The translations under genes were made by a program, and so were the position numbers. DNA of 64,000 bases, taken from a virus. A model generated the notes under the pieces. The model ran no database searches and was not told the origin of the DNA. It worked only from the letters and a program-made list of their open reading frames with translations. Positions 54,948-64,000 of the stretch are shown piece by piece. The first letter of the stretch is position 1. Each line of letters starts with the position of its first letter. The stretch spans positions 96,001 through 160,000 of IMG/VR virus record IMGVR_UViG_3300025096_000004; one strand, 5' to 3'.

Positions 54948-55787
54948 TTGATGTCATCTATTTACACCATGCACAAATATTCGCTTAATGAATATGCAAA
55001 GCAGACCAATGCATATTTGTCTTTTTTTGCTATGCACCCCAACAAAGGCCGGGCATTCAAGATGGCAAGTATTCAAGGCTCCACCGCCGATCTCGATGCC
55101 AAATACCTGCCGAAGGCCGGCAAAGAACCAAGACAATCTGCTATGTTTTATGCATTTGTTAATGACTTTGACGAATCTTTTGCTTCTTCGTGGGATGCAC
55201 AGCAATATTACGGCAAAACAGACGCCATTGTTGGATTCAAAAACACCAAAAGAACTATTTCTTTGTCTTGGAAAACACCAGCGGCTGATTTGGATGCAGC
55301 TAAGGATGTTTACAAAAATTTGAACTCCTTGGCAACGATGCTTTATCCGACTTATTTGGGAGTGAATGCTATTGCCGAGGCGGCGCCAAATCCACACAAA
55401 AAAGACACCAATGACTGGAACGATCTGGTCGAGTCAGTGAAAACAATATATAGGGCACCCGCGTCCAGACCCTTGGCCAAGCCTCCGATTATTGGAGTCT
55501 CGTGGGGGAACCTGATTGCAAATAGAGATCCTAATTACGACGCAGCCCCAACCTTCGCCCCAATGGGCGCCATGCCGTCTCATTCGCCAGATGCTCCCAA
55601 TCCGACCTATTATTTAACTGAAGCTAGGGCTTTAATTTGTCATGTGGAAAATTTCGCTCTGGCCCCCGCTGTGGAGAATGGATATTTCTCTGATGCTGGC
55701 AAGCTATACCCAAGAATTTGGAATTGTTCGATCAATTTAACCGTCCAACATACCCATGCATTGGGCCGCCAAGCTCGAAGCTGGTAA
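54948..55787 (+). CDS. Baseplate tube-initiator-like protein (start may be ATG 54951)
   Basis: QQYYGKTDAIVGFKNTKRTISLSW..LYPTY..YPRIWNCSINLTVQH. Confidence 0.6.
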   Translation: MMSSIYTMHKYSLNEYAKQTNAYLSFFAMHPNKGRAFKMASIQGSTADLDAKYLPKAGKEPRQSAMFYAFVNDFDESFASSWDAQQYYGKTDAIVGFKNTKRTISLSWKTPAADLDAAKDVYKNLNSLATMLYPTYLGVNAIAEAAPNPHKKDTNDWNDLVESVKTIYRAPASRPLAKPPIIGVSWGNLIANRDPNYDAAPTFAPMGAMPSHSPDAPNPTYYLTEARALICHVENFALAPAVENGYFSDAGKLYPRIWNCSINLTVQHTHALGRQARSW

Positions 55788-55799
55788 AAGGAGAAGAAA

Positions 55800-56138
55800 A
55801 TGTCAAGATATAGAAAAAGAACACTTGGATACAATATCCATCAGATGTACACTGAACACTTTAAGGCTCGAGATGTGTTCTCGATTGATCATTATGCAAC
55901 GCCGAAACTTATCTTTCCATCGGACAACCAATCAAAGCTAATATCATTTATGACTCATATATGGTCTTCTAGGGATAAATATTATCAACTGGCCCAGAGG
56001 TATTATAATGATTCTAAGCTGTGGTGGATCATAGCTCAATACAATCAAGCTCCAACCGAGCAGCATCTTGTGGAGGGTCAGGCCATTAAGATACCTTTCC
56101 CTCTTTCTGCTGTATATAGCTATATAGGACAAGAGTAA
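55800..56138 (+). CDS. LysM-like baseplate wedge protein (gp53/P2 gpX-like)
   Basis: HIWSSRDKYYQLAQRYYNDSKLWWIIAQYN..LVEGQAIKIP; AAGGAG SD. Confidence 0.75.
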   Translation: MSRYRKRTLGYNIHQMYTEHFKARDVFSIDHYATPKLIFPSDNQSKLISFMTHIWSSRDKYYQLAQRYYNDSKLWWIIAQYNQAPTEQHLVEGQAIKIPFPLSAVYSYIGQE

Positions 56139-59100
56139 TGCCAGCCCCGACCGCATCCCAGCTTCAGGACGAAAAGTATCGCAACAAAAGATATTCCTAT
56201 GACAAGCCCTCGCTTGTATTAGAGATGATTTGGAGTAAATTGTATTGGGACTCCAATGGCAAGAATGGCACCGACTTCGCGTGGAAGAATAAATTCACAG
56301 TCCAGCGCAATGAGTTGCTTTGTTATGCCGCCGCAATCAATGCTTTCTTGGACCCCGGCGAGAACCATTTTGAAGAAGCCAATGCTGATCTTTTGCGAGA
56401 TATAAAGGATTCCAAAAGTGGTATGAACAGCACCGAACACTTTTTCACGAACCCAACTGAAGGTTATTTTCTTAAGGGCGGATATTGGCCCGGCTGGGCG
56501 AGTCAATATACAGCGAACCCCGCCTCCGCCGGAGATATTATACCTTACAATGAGTGGAAGAAAGCGCTGAGTGACTCAGACACTGCTGCTCAAACCGTCG
56601 CTCTCAATAAGTCCACAGATGGGTGGATTGACGGTGCAAATGAGATTCACTTGAAGAGCCACCATTGGGCTTGGCAAGTTCATCTCCCATGGCAGCAAGC
56701 TTTGAAGGCCAAAATCGACCAACTTATGCAACCTTGGCTCGACGAAGATAAACCGCCAGAATGGGTACTTCCCGCCGATGACTGGCGATATGCCAAAGCG
56801 CTATCAATTATTTTAGATGCAGGTATGCCATCGAGGGCAGAAAGGTCAAGCGGCTACGGTTACAAGGGTGGAATGCAATATCCACTGTTTTTATATTATC
56901 AGAGAACAGATGGAAAAGGCGGATACCAACCTTGTTGGGGTTATATTCATTGGTGTTCCGAAGTTCCGGCAGAGCCCACCAATGTTTTTGCCGACTCTCC
57001 ATGGATGTCTGGAGACTCTTGGCTAGCCAAAAAGTGGGTTCCTTTTTGGAAGGCAATCCAAAATTCTAAGATAGCTGATGATTTGAATGTTCCGTCAAGA
57101 GAAAAGTTTGTCAAGATGGTCACTAAGAAGATCAAAGAGGTTATACAAAAAATTAAACATGCAGATCATGGTAGATCTTGTGTTAACATCAACGAAATGG
57201 ATGAGACGATTGATTGGCCTCGACAAAGTGGCTTCACCGCCCCCGACTGGATCTTTGAAACCAATTCCGCATGGAACCACTTCAGCCCATTGAACGACGT
57301 GAAGAATTTAAGGGACACAATAGACTCCACAGAGGTGGTGGAACAACTCCAGAAGGCCGGCAAGCCCCCGTACTCCGCCGGGATAAACCCTTGCAACTCC
57401 TTTTGGGGAAGCCCCCACAAGGCGATGTCGTATTGGGCAAATAAAAAATCAACATTCCCCTCTCAAGGTAAAGGACCCACTTGCATCCGAGGTGCGCCAA
57501 CGGTCTGGCACTTCGATAAAGTTGAAGAGTCTGCAAAGGCTACCACTTTACAGTGGAACTGGTCAATCTACTGGGATATTTTTAAGCCCATGGCTGCTGA
57601 TTATTCCACAGTCTCTTCATCGCCGGGAAACAAGGCCTACATGTCTGGCATCTCGGAGGGCTGGTGGGACCCCGCCTCTGGCGGCTTCTTGGTTTTTAAC
57701 TTTCTGAAAGGACTCCAAGGCACAAATGTGGAAAGAGATTATAAGCTTTGGGATCTGATCCACCCCGGCGATTTCGGCGGCGACAATGACACCGATGGTT
57801 TTGACGAGTCTTGGATACCGGAAACCGACGATGTCCGGGGACGAATGTGTGTAAAGATGACGTCCGACGATGTGAAAAAAATGCTCAATGAATGGTTTGA
57901 AAAGAACCCTGATACAACTTTGTATGGATTGGACAAGGATGGAAATACCAAGGCCATTCAAAAAGGCTTTACTTATAATCTCACCCTCGCCAATGCAGTC
58001 TACCGCAAGTGGGGTGAACATTGGGAGGATAACAAAGATCAATGGAAGAACGAATTTTGGAAACCACAACCATTGGATCGTGATATAGATGATCAACGTG
58101 TGGACTTAAACGATGCAACGAATTACGGCGGTGCTGTAGATGAGGCTTATTTTCAAGGGCTGGTCGAGTTTCATAAAAACCTCGATGCATATTACCAAAA
58201 GGCACAAAATTTCAATCCTGATCCAGACATCAACCCCAATGCCGACAAGGTCCAACACCATGCCATGTCTTGGGGTTTCGCCAGAGGCTTTGGTACTTCG
58301 TATAACAATGACGCGAGATATAAACGAATAATGCAAAAAGGGGAAACATATGAAAACGCCTTGCACTCTTTTGATTGGGACGATGAAGATGAGCGGGCTG
58401 AATTTAAACAATATATAGAAGATTTATTTGTTGATCATTGTGCCCTCGCCATCGCCGCCCATTATGCAGGTCATGCTCGGATGGAAGAAGCGGAAGCATT
58501 TTTGATTCAAATTTTAAAAAAAGAAACTGAAGATCCAAAAAAGCTCTCAAAAACAGATCTTTTAGAGGCCGAAGGCGATGCCAAGAAAGATTTACTGAAT
58601 AACAATATCACCAGCGCCAGCCCAACCAAAGGTTCCGGAGCCCTTACAGACGAGGAAATTGAAAAAAGACAGAAATTTTTTAAACAATGCGCTCTTTTGT
58701 TAAATTTGGAACAGTTTGTTCAAGCCCATCGATTTAGAGTAAATGCTGCCATCGCCGACAAGACCTCCGGCATCCATAGTAACGGAAAAGGTCCGTATAA
58801 TGGAAGATTTTGGATGCTCGAAGACGGCGGCGGCGGCCAAGCCTCGTCCGTTCCAGACCAATCTTCAATGGTCAATAAGTTATTCATTAGAGAGGATTTA
58901 TATGCTTTTATGAATATTCCGCAAGCTGTTGTTGCCCTTATGACACCAAAATTGAGATTATATCAGGTATACAGCAAGGCAATTCAAATCGATGGCAAAC
59001 CCGGAGATACTTTAATCGAAACTGAGTTTGAATTTCCGCAAGAAGGTCTCGGCCTTACCGAGACCGACAATGCAGCAAACCGCATTAAACAGATGTGGTC

Positions 59101-61501
59101 AACCGAGTTTGATAAAGGCAGTGGCGCCGGCATTAAAAGTTTTTCGTGGATTTATGAAGGGACCAGTCCAGCAACGGCACGGAATGATATTTCTTGTGAT
59201 TTATCGCTCCATTTTCAATCTTTTAATGATTTTTTTAAATCGAGGGTAAACTCTATTAATGGTCGTTATTATAAGTTTGTTGATTTGGTTCTTTATCCCC
59301 AACATCGCACCAGCGACCGCCGCAGAGATTATGACCAAGGTGCAAAACAAGAATATGACCCTTCGGATTATAGAATAAGGGTGGATGTTGGTTGGAACGT
59401 TCCTCCTGAGTCACTTAGGGGAGAGATTAATCGAATTGCGAGACTAAGCCAAGTCGATTTGTGGTCGACTACAACAGACGACGCCGGCACGGTTATAGAC
59501 TATTATGATCAATTGAGATTGATTATTAATAATAGCAACAAGTCTTTTTATCTAAACATGGTTGACCACAAGATGGACATTAAAGATACTGGTGCGGTTC
59601 AAATAGACATTAACTATAGGGCGTATGTTGAGACTGCTTTAAAATCAACCCGCTTTAATGCTCTCTTAGATGAAGAAACTTATATAATGAAGCGCAATCA
59701 AAAACAGCAACTTATAAATGCTAAAAAGAAAAAGTGTACCAGACAAGACTTTATGATACTCCGAAGAGAAATAGATAGGCAAAATGAGTTAATTACAAAA
59801 AATGCACACCAATCTATCATGAAGAGACTCATTAAAAGAAATAAAATATATTTTGTTGATGTTGAAGAGACAGACAAACTAGAATTTGAACGAAGGGGGT
59901 ATTTTCCAAATAGACCTAAATATGTGAATTATGACAAAAAACAAGCGCAGTCCGGCATGGCAGTGATGACGCCCGATACCCAAACGCGCCTTAAAAAACA
60001 TGCCAAGAGCAGCAATATTCGCACCTCAAGCTATCACCTTCTAAGAGACAAGTGGATAGACGAAAATGTCTCTAGAAATGTTCGCGTGAATTATTTTTTC
60101 ATGGGCGATTTGATATATACAATTCTTGATGTCATTAACGGCATTCAACCAGATTTGGAAAAAACCAAAATATTGTTGGGAAGTTTTGAGTATATTGATT
60201 TTGACGGAAGATCAAGGCTTGCAAATATAGCAGATATCCCCGTGTCCTGCGATTATTTCTTCGAATGGTATACTCAACATGTTGTGAAAACGAAGAGACA
60301 ATCATTTCCCGTTGCTTATTTCATTCGTACCTTGTGTAATCATTTTATAACTGAGTTGTTGTCTGATAAGTGTAGAAACAAGGCCCAAGTTTTGAAAATA
60401 TCTTTCAAAACAGGTACTTTTATGTCTGCACCACACAAAGATAGAGATCCATTTGAACACATGGTAACCACATCAGATACAACCGCAAAGAGATCTAATG
60501 GATTGGAAAGGCTTTTGGTTCAGGTGGGAAAATATTATGATGGCACCTACACCTCGGCCACCCTCCCCTTGACTCATTATGACCGATCACCGGGAGCGAA
60601 TATTACTCAAAACTTTTTTCATTATATGATGGTGTACCCAGTTGTTTCTCCTGCGATCAACCACCCCGGCACGGGTGATGAACTGCAAGACAGGAAGCGC
60701 GGCGTCCACCACATACATATCGGCGCACGGACAGGTGTTATCAAAAAAGTTAGTTTCGACAGAACAGATATCCAGTACATCCGAGAGTCTCGTTTTTTAA
60801 ATCAGGGTGAAGATGGTCTGCTTCAACTTGGGGCGGTCTATAAGGCGACGATTGATATGGTGGGGAACACTCTTTGGTTCCCGGGAATGGAGCTATACGT
60901 CAATCCTCTTGGCGTAGGTGGATTGGAGCTTGGTTTTCCAAATGATTCTTCTTCCGCTGCTAACAAGCTGGGCCTTGGAGGTTATCACATTATAACAAGA
61001 ATTAAATCTACAATAGCCCCGGGTGTGTTCAACACACAGGTGGAGGCTCAATTTCACTATTCCGGCGATAAATCTGTTGACAAGCAGCGCCTCGGATTTA
61101 TAAAAGCCGATGATAAGACATCAATTGTTGATGTCAAGGGCGAAATATCTGACCAATGTGAGAGTATTTTGACCCAATTACAAAAAAGCACAGCCCATCT
61201 TGGCGGCAAGCTGTCTCGTATTGATGAAGAGACTAGTTATTCAACCGGAAAAGACCTCGAAGAGCAAAATATGGATAAAATGACAGAGAATGCAAACAAA
61301 ACTATTCCGAATGTTCCAAGTAAATATGGCGTGGCCCCTAAAATCGAGTCCAAAGCGCCACGGACTCCGGATAACAAGCGCAATAACCCCGGCGGCTCCG
61401 GCGGCCATCGAAAGCCCGATACGCCTGCCAACCCGATTCGACCAAACCCGTCTCCCCCGGTCAGCAATGTCACCTATGGGCCAAATACAAAGAAGCGCTG
61501 A
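56138..61501 (+). CDS. Very large baseplate hub-like protein (gp27/gpD-like C-terminus) with ~840-aa unknown N-terminal region
   Basis: C-terminal YKATIDMVGNTLWFPGMELYV..GGYHIITRIKSTIAPGVFNTQVEAQ hub pattern; follows the LysM gene. Confidence 0.65.
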   Translation: MPAPTASQLQDEKYRNKRYSYDKPSLVLEMIWSKLYWDSNGKNGTDFAWKNKFTVQRNELLCYAAAINAFLDPGENHFEEANADLLRDIKDSKSGMNSTEHFFTNPTEGYFLKGGYWPGWASQYTANPASAGDIIPYNEWKKALSDSDTAAQTVALNKSTDGWIDGANEIHLKSHHWAWQVHLPWQQALKAKIDQLMQPWLDEDKPPEWVLPADDWRYAKALSIILDAGMPSRAERSSGYGYKGGMQYPLFLYYQRTDGKGGYQPCWGYIHWCSEVPAEPTNVFADSPWMSGDSWLAKKWVPFWKAIQNSKIADDLNVPSREKFVKMVTKKIKEVIQKIKHADHGRSCVNINEMDETIDWPRQSGFTAPDWIFETNSAWNHFSPLNDVKNLRDTIDSTEVVEQLQKAGKPPYSAGINPCNSFWGSPHKAMSYWANKKSTFPSQGKGPTCIRGAPTVWHFDKVEESAKATTLQWNWSIYWDIFKPMAADYSTVSSSPGNKAYMSGISEGWWDPASGGFLVFNFLKGLQGTNVERDYKLWDLIHPGDFGGDNDTDGFDESWIPETDDVRGRMCVKMTSDDVKKMLNEWFEKNPDTTLYGLDKDGNTKAIQKGFTYNLTLANAVYRKWGEHWEDNKDQWKNEFWKPQPLDRDIDDQRVDLNDATNYGGAVDEAYFQGLVEFHKNLDAYYQKAQNFNPDPDINPNADKVQHHAMSWGFARGFGTSYNNDARYKRIMQKGETYENALHSFDWDDEDERAEFKQYIEDLFVDHCALAIAAHYAGHARMEEAEAFLIQILKKETEDPKKLSKTDLLEAEGDAKKDLLNNNITSASPTKGSGALTDEEIEKRQKFFKQCALLLNLEQFVQAHRFRVNAAIADKTSGIHSNGKGPYNGRFWMLEDGGGGQASSVPDQSSMVNKLFIREDLYAFMNIPQAVVALMTPKLRLYQVYSKAIQIDGKPGDTLIETEFEFPQEGLGLTETDNAANRIKQMWSTEFDKGSGAGIKSFSWIYEGTSPATARNDISCDLSLHFQSFNDFFKSRVNSINGRYYKFVDLVLYPQHRTSDRRRDYDQGAKQEYDPSDYRIRVDVGWNVPPESLRGEINRIARLSQVDLWSTTTDDAGTVIDYYDQLRLIINNSNKSFYLNMVDHKMDIKDTGAVQIDINYRAYVETALKSTRFNALLDEETYIMKRNQKQQLINAKKKKCTRQDFMILRREIDRQNELITKNAHQSIMKRLIKRNKIYFVDVEETDKLEFERRGYFPNRPKYVNYDKKQAQSGMAVMTPDTQTRLKKHAKSSNIRTSSYHLLRDKWIDENVSRNVRVNYFFMGDLIYTILDVINGIQPDLEKTKILLGSFEYIDFDGRSRLANIADIPVSCDYFFEWYTQHVVKTKRQSFPVAYFIRTLCNHFITELLSDKCRNKAQVLKISFKTGTFMSAPHKDRDPFEHMVTTSDTTAKRSNGLERLLVQVGKYYDGTYTSATLPLTHYDRSPGANITQNFFHYMMVYPVVSPAINHPGTGDELQDRKRGVHHIHIGARTGVIKKVSFDRTDIQYIRESRFLNQGEDGLLQLGAVYKATIDMVGNTLWFPGMELYVNPLGVGGLELGFPNDSSSAANKLGLGGYHIITRIKSTIAPGVFNTQVEAQFHYSGDKSVDKQRLGFIKADDKTSIVDVKGEISDQCESILTQLQKSTAHLGGKLSRIDEETSYSTGKDLEEQNMDKMTENANKTIPNVPSKYGVAPKIESKAPRTPDNKRNNPGGSGGHRKPDTPANPIRPNPSPPVSNVTYGPNTKKR

Positions 61502-61546
61502 TTTTCAAAAAAAATATGACTGAAAAAATAAAGGAGAAGCTTGATT

Positions 61547-62839
61547 ATGGCAAAATATAACGCCAATAACGATATGGATTCACTATCTGAATTGACCATT
61601 GAACGCGCTCGATATCAACTTGAGGCGTGGGGACCAACAGTGCCCGAGCAAATCGTTGATTTTAATTTTGCAGAGCGCAATCGCTATGGAAGAATAAATC
61701 AAGACAGAAACGCCATTATTCCTAGGCCAGAGTTCTTGCAAACAATTAGCTTTTCAGTCCCAGATCAGACAACATCAGTAATGATGAATTTTGTTGCCAC
61801 TGCCTTTAATGAGATGAGAGACAGAATGACAAAGGCCTGTCGCCTCGGAATCATTACAGGTGATCATCCATTTCTTCATTCGCTTGAAATTTCCCGTGCA
61901 TATATTTCACCCATCAAGCTTTATCGAGGCTATATGAACTATATTCTTTCTCGATATAACAATGAGTATCTTCCTAGTATTGAATCTCATACCCCGGTTA
62001 TAAATTTTGATGATTATTGGAAAAATATAATTAACTTTTGTAAGATGATTGGGTCTCAAAATCCAATTACATTTACCGGTTGGCACCGAAGCAAACATTC
62101 TTCTATATTTACAAGTGGGTTGGCAATAGATATAGCCGGATTGCCCATTGATGATGATAAGCCAAAATTTGACATGTTTATAAGCGCCGCCGAGTGGGGA
62201 TATTATTCCAACGTGGCAAAATATCATGGTTTTTCGATATCACACAATGCTCCGTGGCTGTTGGTTGCTGATTTACAATCTCCTGCAATGCTACAATATA
62301 TGCATGCCGAAGGTCTTTCCAATGAGAATCATTTGTTTGCCGCCCAATACCAACTTGCTATCGATTTTGAACTAGAGTTGTTGAAAAACGTTCTTATAGA
62401 CGGGTACAACACTTATGTTGCCGCCCGGCCATATTATAAAAAGCCTTTTATATGCCCAGAGTATAATTTGGTAAATAAAATAAAGTTTAGAGAATCTACT
62501 AGTGCCCAAGCAGTTGCGGCGAGAATCCCCAATTTAATTTTTTATGTGTTTTATACACAAATAAGAAATATTGAGGAAGACCTGCCACTAGCGCCGGCCG
62601 ATCTAGCTAGAGTGATTTCAAAACTTAAATATTTTTATAATTCCCTTGGCCCAGAGGAAGCAATGAGGTATCTCAATGAACAGTATCGCTCTTTATATAA
62701 GTTCAAGCCCGGAACTACATATCAACACGCTAAGAGAACGAAATTAAGAAAGGAAATCATAGAAGCTGAAAATGCAGCAGAAGAAAGAGCCTCCCCGCTT
62801 TCAGTTTTGCTTCCTGATCCAACTAAAGGAAGTTATTAA
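61547..62839 (+). CDS. Baseplate-region protein with degenerate peptidase M15 (VanY-like) fold
   Basis: AAGGAG SD; AFNEMRDRM..LEISRAYIS, SSIFTSGLAIDI and YHGF..NAPWLL align to M15B motifs with metal ligands replaced. Confidence 0.55.
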   Translation: MAKYNANNDMDSLSELTIERARYQLEAWGPTVPEQIVDFNFAERNRYGRINQDRNAIIPRPEFLQTISFSVPDQTTSVMMNFVATAFNEMRDRMTKACRLGIITGDHPFLHSLEISRAYISPIKLYRGYMNYILSRYNNEYLPSIESHTPVINFDDYWKNIINFCKMIGSQNPITFTGWHRSKHSSIFTSGLAIDIAGLPIDDDKPKFDMFISAAEWGYYSNVAKYHGFSISHNAPWLLVADLQSPAMLQYMHAEGLSNENHLFAAQYQLAIDFELELLKNVLIDGYNTYVAARPYYKKPFICPEYNLVNKIKFRESTSAQAVAARIPNLIFYVFYTQIRNIEEDLPLAPADLARVISKLKYFYNSLGPEEAMRYLNEQYRSLYKFKPGTTYQHAKRTKLRKEIIEAENAAEERASPLSVLLPDPTKGSY

Positions 62840-62845
62840 AAAAAC

Positions 62846-62874
62846 TTGACAAGTTCTCCAAGATATGTTATATT
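62846..62874 (+). promoter_or_regulatory. Sigma70-type promoter (TTGACA-17-TATATT, extended -10 TG)
   Basis: TTGACA 62846-62851, TG at 62866-67, TATATT 62869-62874; A-tract upstream; GGAG SD at 62884-87. Confidence 0.8.
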
Positions 62875-62892
62875 ATATAAAACGGAGAAACA

Positions 62893-64000
62893 ATGGCATT
62901 TCAAGTTATTGATGAAAAGGATGGATGTTATGGAATTTACACAAACGGAACCTTCGTATATGATCGGGTTCCTAATGCTTTGCGCGGGACTTGGGATTGG
63001 TCTCATCATCTCGTTGGTCACGATATTGACTATGCACATATCTGGAGCGGCGGTAAAGCGCTTGCTAAGGCTTGCCCCGAACACTTACAAAACCGACTCG
63101 AGTCACACGAAAAAAAAATCAAAGCCCAAATCAAATCACATTTGAATGCGAAGATAGATATATCGGAGATATGTTTGTTTGACATGGTGCCGGAACAACA
63201 ATTGAAGGCATATCTTGAAACTAAGAGCTTGATATGTCAATATATTTTTGAAGAGATCGAAAAACCAAAGAATTATTCTTTTCTGTCTCAGACGCATGAG
63301 ACATGCAGAGAAATAGCAAAACAGAATCTTAAAATAGATTGGGAATTGGCCAGACATCTCGCCGTCAAAGACCCCAAAGCTCGTTCTATAGTGGAACGCT
63401 TTGATCCTGCGAGAACATTCATTAATTACAATGTGTTTGGGTCAATAACGGGTCGTTTGGCAACTCATCCTGATTCGTTTCCCATCATGAACCTTAAGGC
63501 AGAACACAAGGGGATTCTGCTTCCGAAGAACAATTGGTTCGTTGAGTTTGATTATAATGGTGCAGAGATACGAACATTGCTGTCATTGACCAAAAAGGAG
63601 CAACCTCATGAGGATATTCACGAGTTTCACATGAAGAACATATATCGCGATCTTACAACGAGAACTAAAGCTAAAGAGCGTTTCTTTGCTTGGCTCTACA
63701 ATTCCAATTCGGAGGACTATTTGACTGAACGTTACTATGACCGCCAGTCTATCCTAACCTCCTACTACCGGGGTGGGTGCGTGTATACACCCTTCGGGCG
63801 TGAGATCGAGACAGATGACTTTCATGCTCTCAATTATCTGCTTCAAAGTTCATCATCCGACAACTGCATGACTCAGGTTAACAAGATCCATCGATTTTTG
63901 AGAGACAAGCGATCAAATGTTGCTTTCGCGATTCACGACTCGGTTGTAATTGACCTTGCTCATGGCGATCGTAACCTTTTGCCTCAAATTAGAGAGATTT
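62893..64000 (+). CDS. Family A DNA polymerase (polymerase domain), truncated by the window end; not in ORF track
   Basis: My translation from ATG 62893 is open to 64000 and contains ITGRL, motif A VEFDYNGAEIRTL, motif B RTKAKERFFAWLYN and motif C AIHDSVV. Confidence 0.9.
   Translation, partial: MAFQVIDEKDGCYGIYTNGTFVYDRVPNALRGTWDWSHHLVGHDIDYAHIWSGGKALAKACPEHLQNRLESHEKKIKAQIKSHLNAKIDISEICLFDMVPEQQLKAYLETKSLICQYIFEEIEKPKNYSFLSQTHETCREIAKQNLKIDWELARHLAVKDPKARSIVERFDPARTFINYNVFGSITGRLATHPDSFPIMNLKAEHKGILLPKNNWFVEFDYNGAEIRTLLSLTKKEQPHEDIHEFHMKNIYRDLTTRTKAKERFFAWLYNSNSEDYLTERYYDRQSILTSYYRGGCVYTPFGREIETDDFHALNYLLQSSSSDNCMTQVNKIHRFLRDKRSNVAFAIHDSVVIDLAHGDRNLLPQIREI

Noticed and set aside
62846-63145. 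99-aa ORF in the track starting at TTG 62846
   Set aside because: Its start is the -35 box of a promoter. The real gene starts at ATG 62893 in another frame (GGAG SD) and encodes PolA motifs.
330-63357. Many short minus-strand and out-of-frame plus-strand ORFs in the track
   Set aside because: They lie within long, motif-bearing plus-strand genes and have no SD, promoter or recognisable motifs; treated as shadow ORFs.
1-64000. Stop-codon reassignment, inteins/introns, tRNAs and integrase or transposase genes
   Set aside because: Core genes are full length in the standard code with all three stops used as terminators. No intein splice motifs or intron-sized interruptions were seen in terL or the MCP. 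Intergenic gaps are too short for tRNAs and none was recognised by eye; tRNAscan-SE would confirm.

Overview
This window is a gene-dense, almost entirely + strand segment of a large T4-like (myovirus-type, probably jumbo) phage genome using the standard genetic code. Assignments come from motif recognition by eye; no database searches were run. It opens with unassigned structural genes (1-10710). A replication/recombination block follows: RuvC-like resolvase, primase, standalone Smr domain and an SbcD-SbcC (Mre11-Rad50) fusion. Next come small membrane proteins and a set of small genes sharing an N-terminal MKLTKEQL..IIKEE leader. The head module has the large terminase, portal, prohead protease, two ParB/Srx-like proteins, a phage bS21 ribosomal protein, fibre genes, scaffold and major capsid protein. 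The neck/tail/baseplate module has gp13/14/15-like proteins, sheath, two tubes, chaperone, tape measure, LysM wedge and a very large hub. A family A DNA polymerase, missing from the ORF track, runs off the right edge. Regulatory features are four sigma70-type promoters (two apparently leaderless), 11 copies of a candidate late-promoter motif ACTANTTA, and five intrinsic terminators. The best candidate for a novel system is the set of unrelated cargo genes carrying near-identical 5' leader tags, which may be capsid-targeting signals that also act as recombination handles. Other leads are a possible translation-control layer (leaderless early genes, Smr, bS21), a putative +1 frameshift in the tail chaperone, and a catalytically degenerate M15 peptidase at the baseplate. 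No tRNA, rRNA, CRISPR array or mobile element was recognised.
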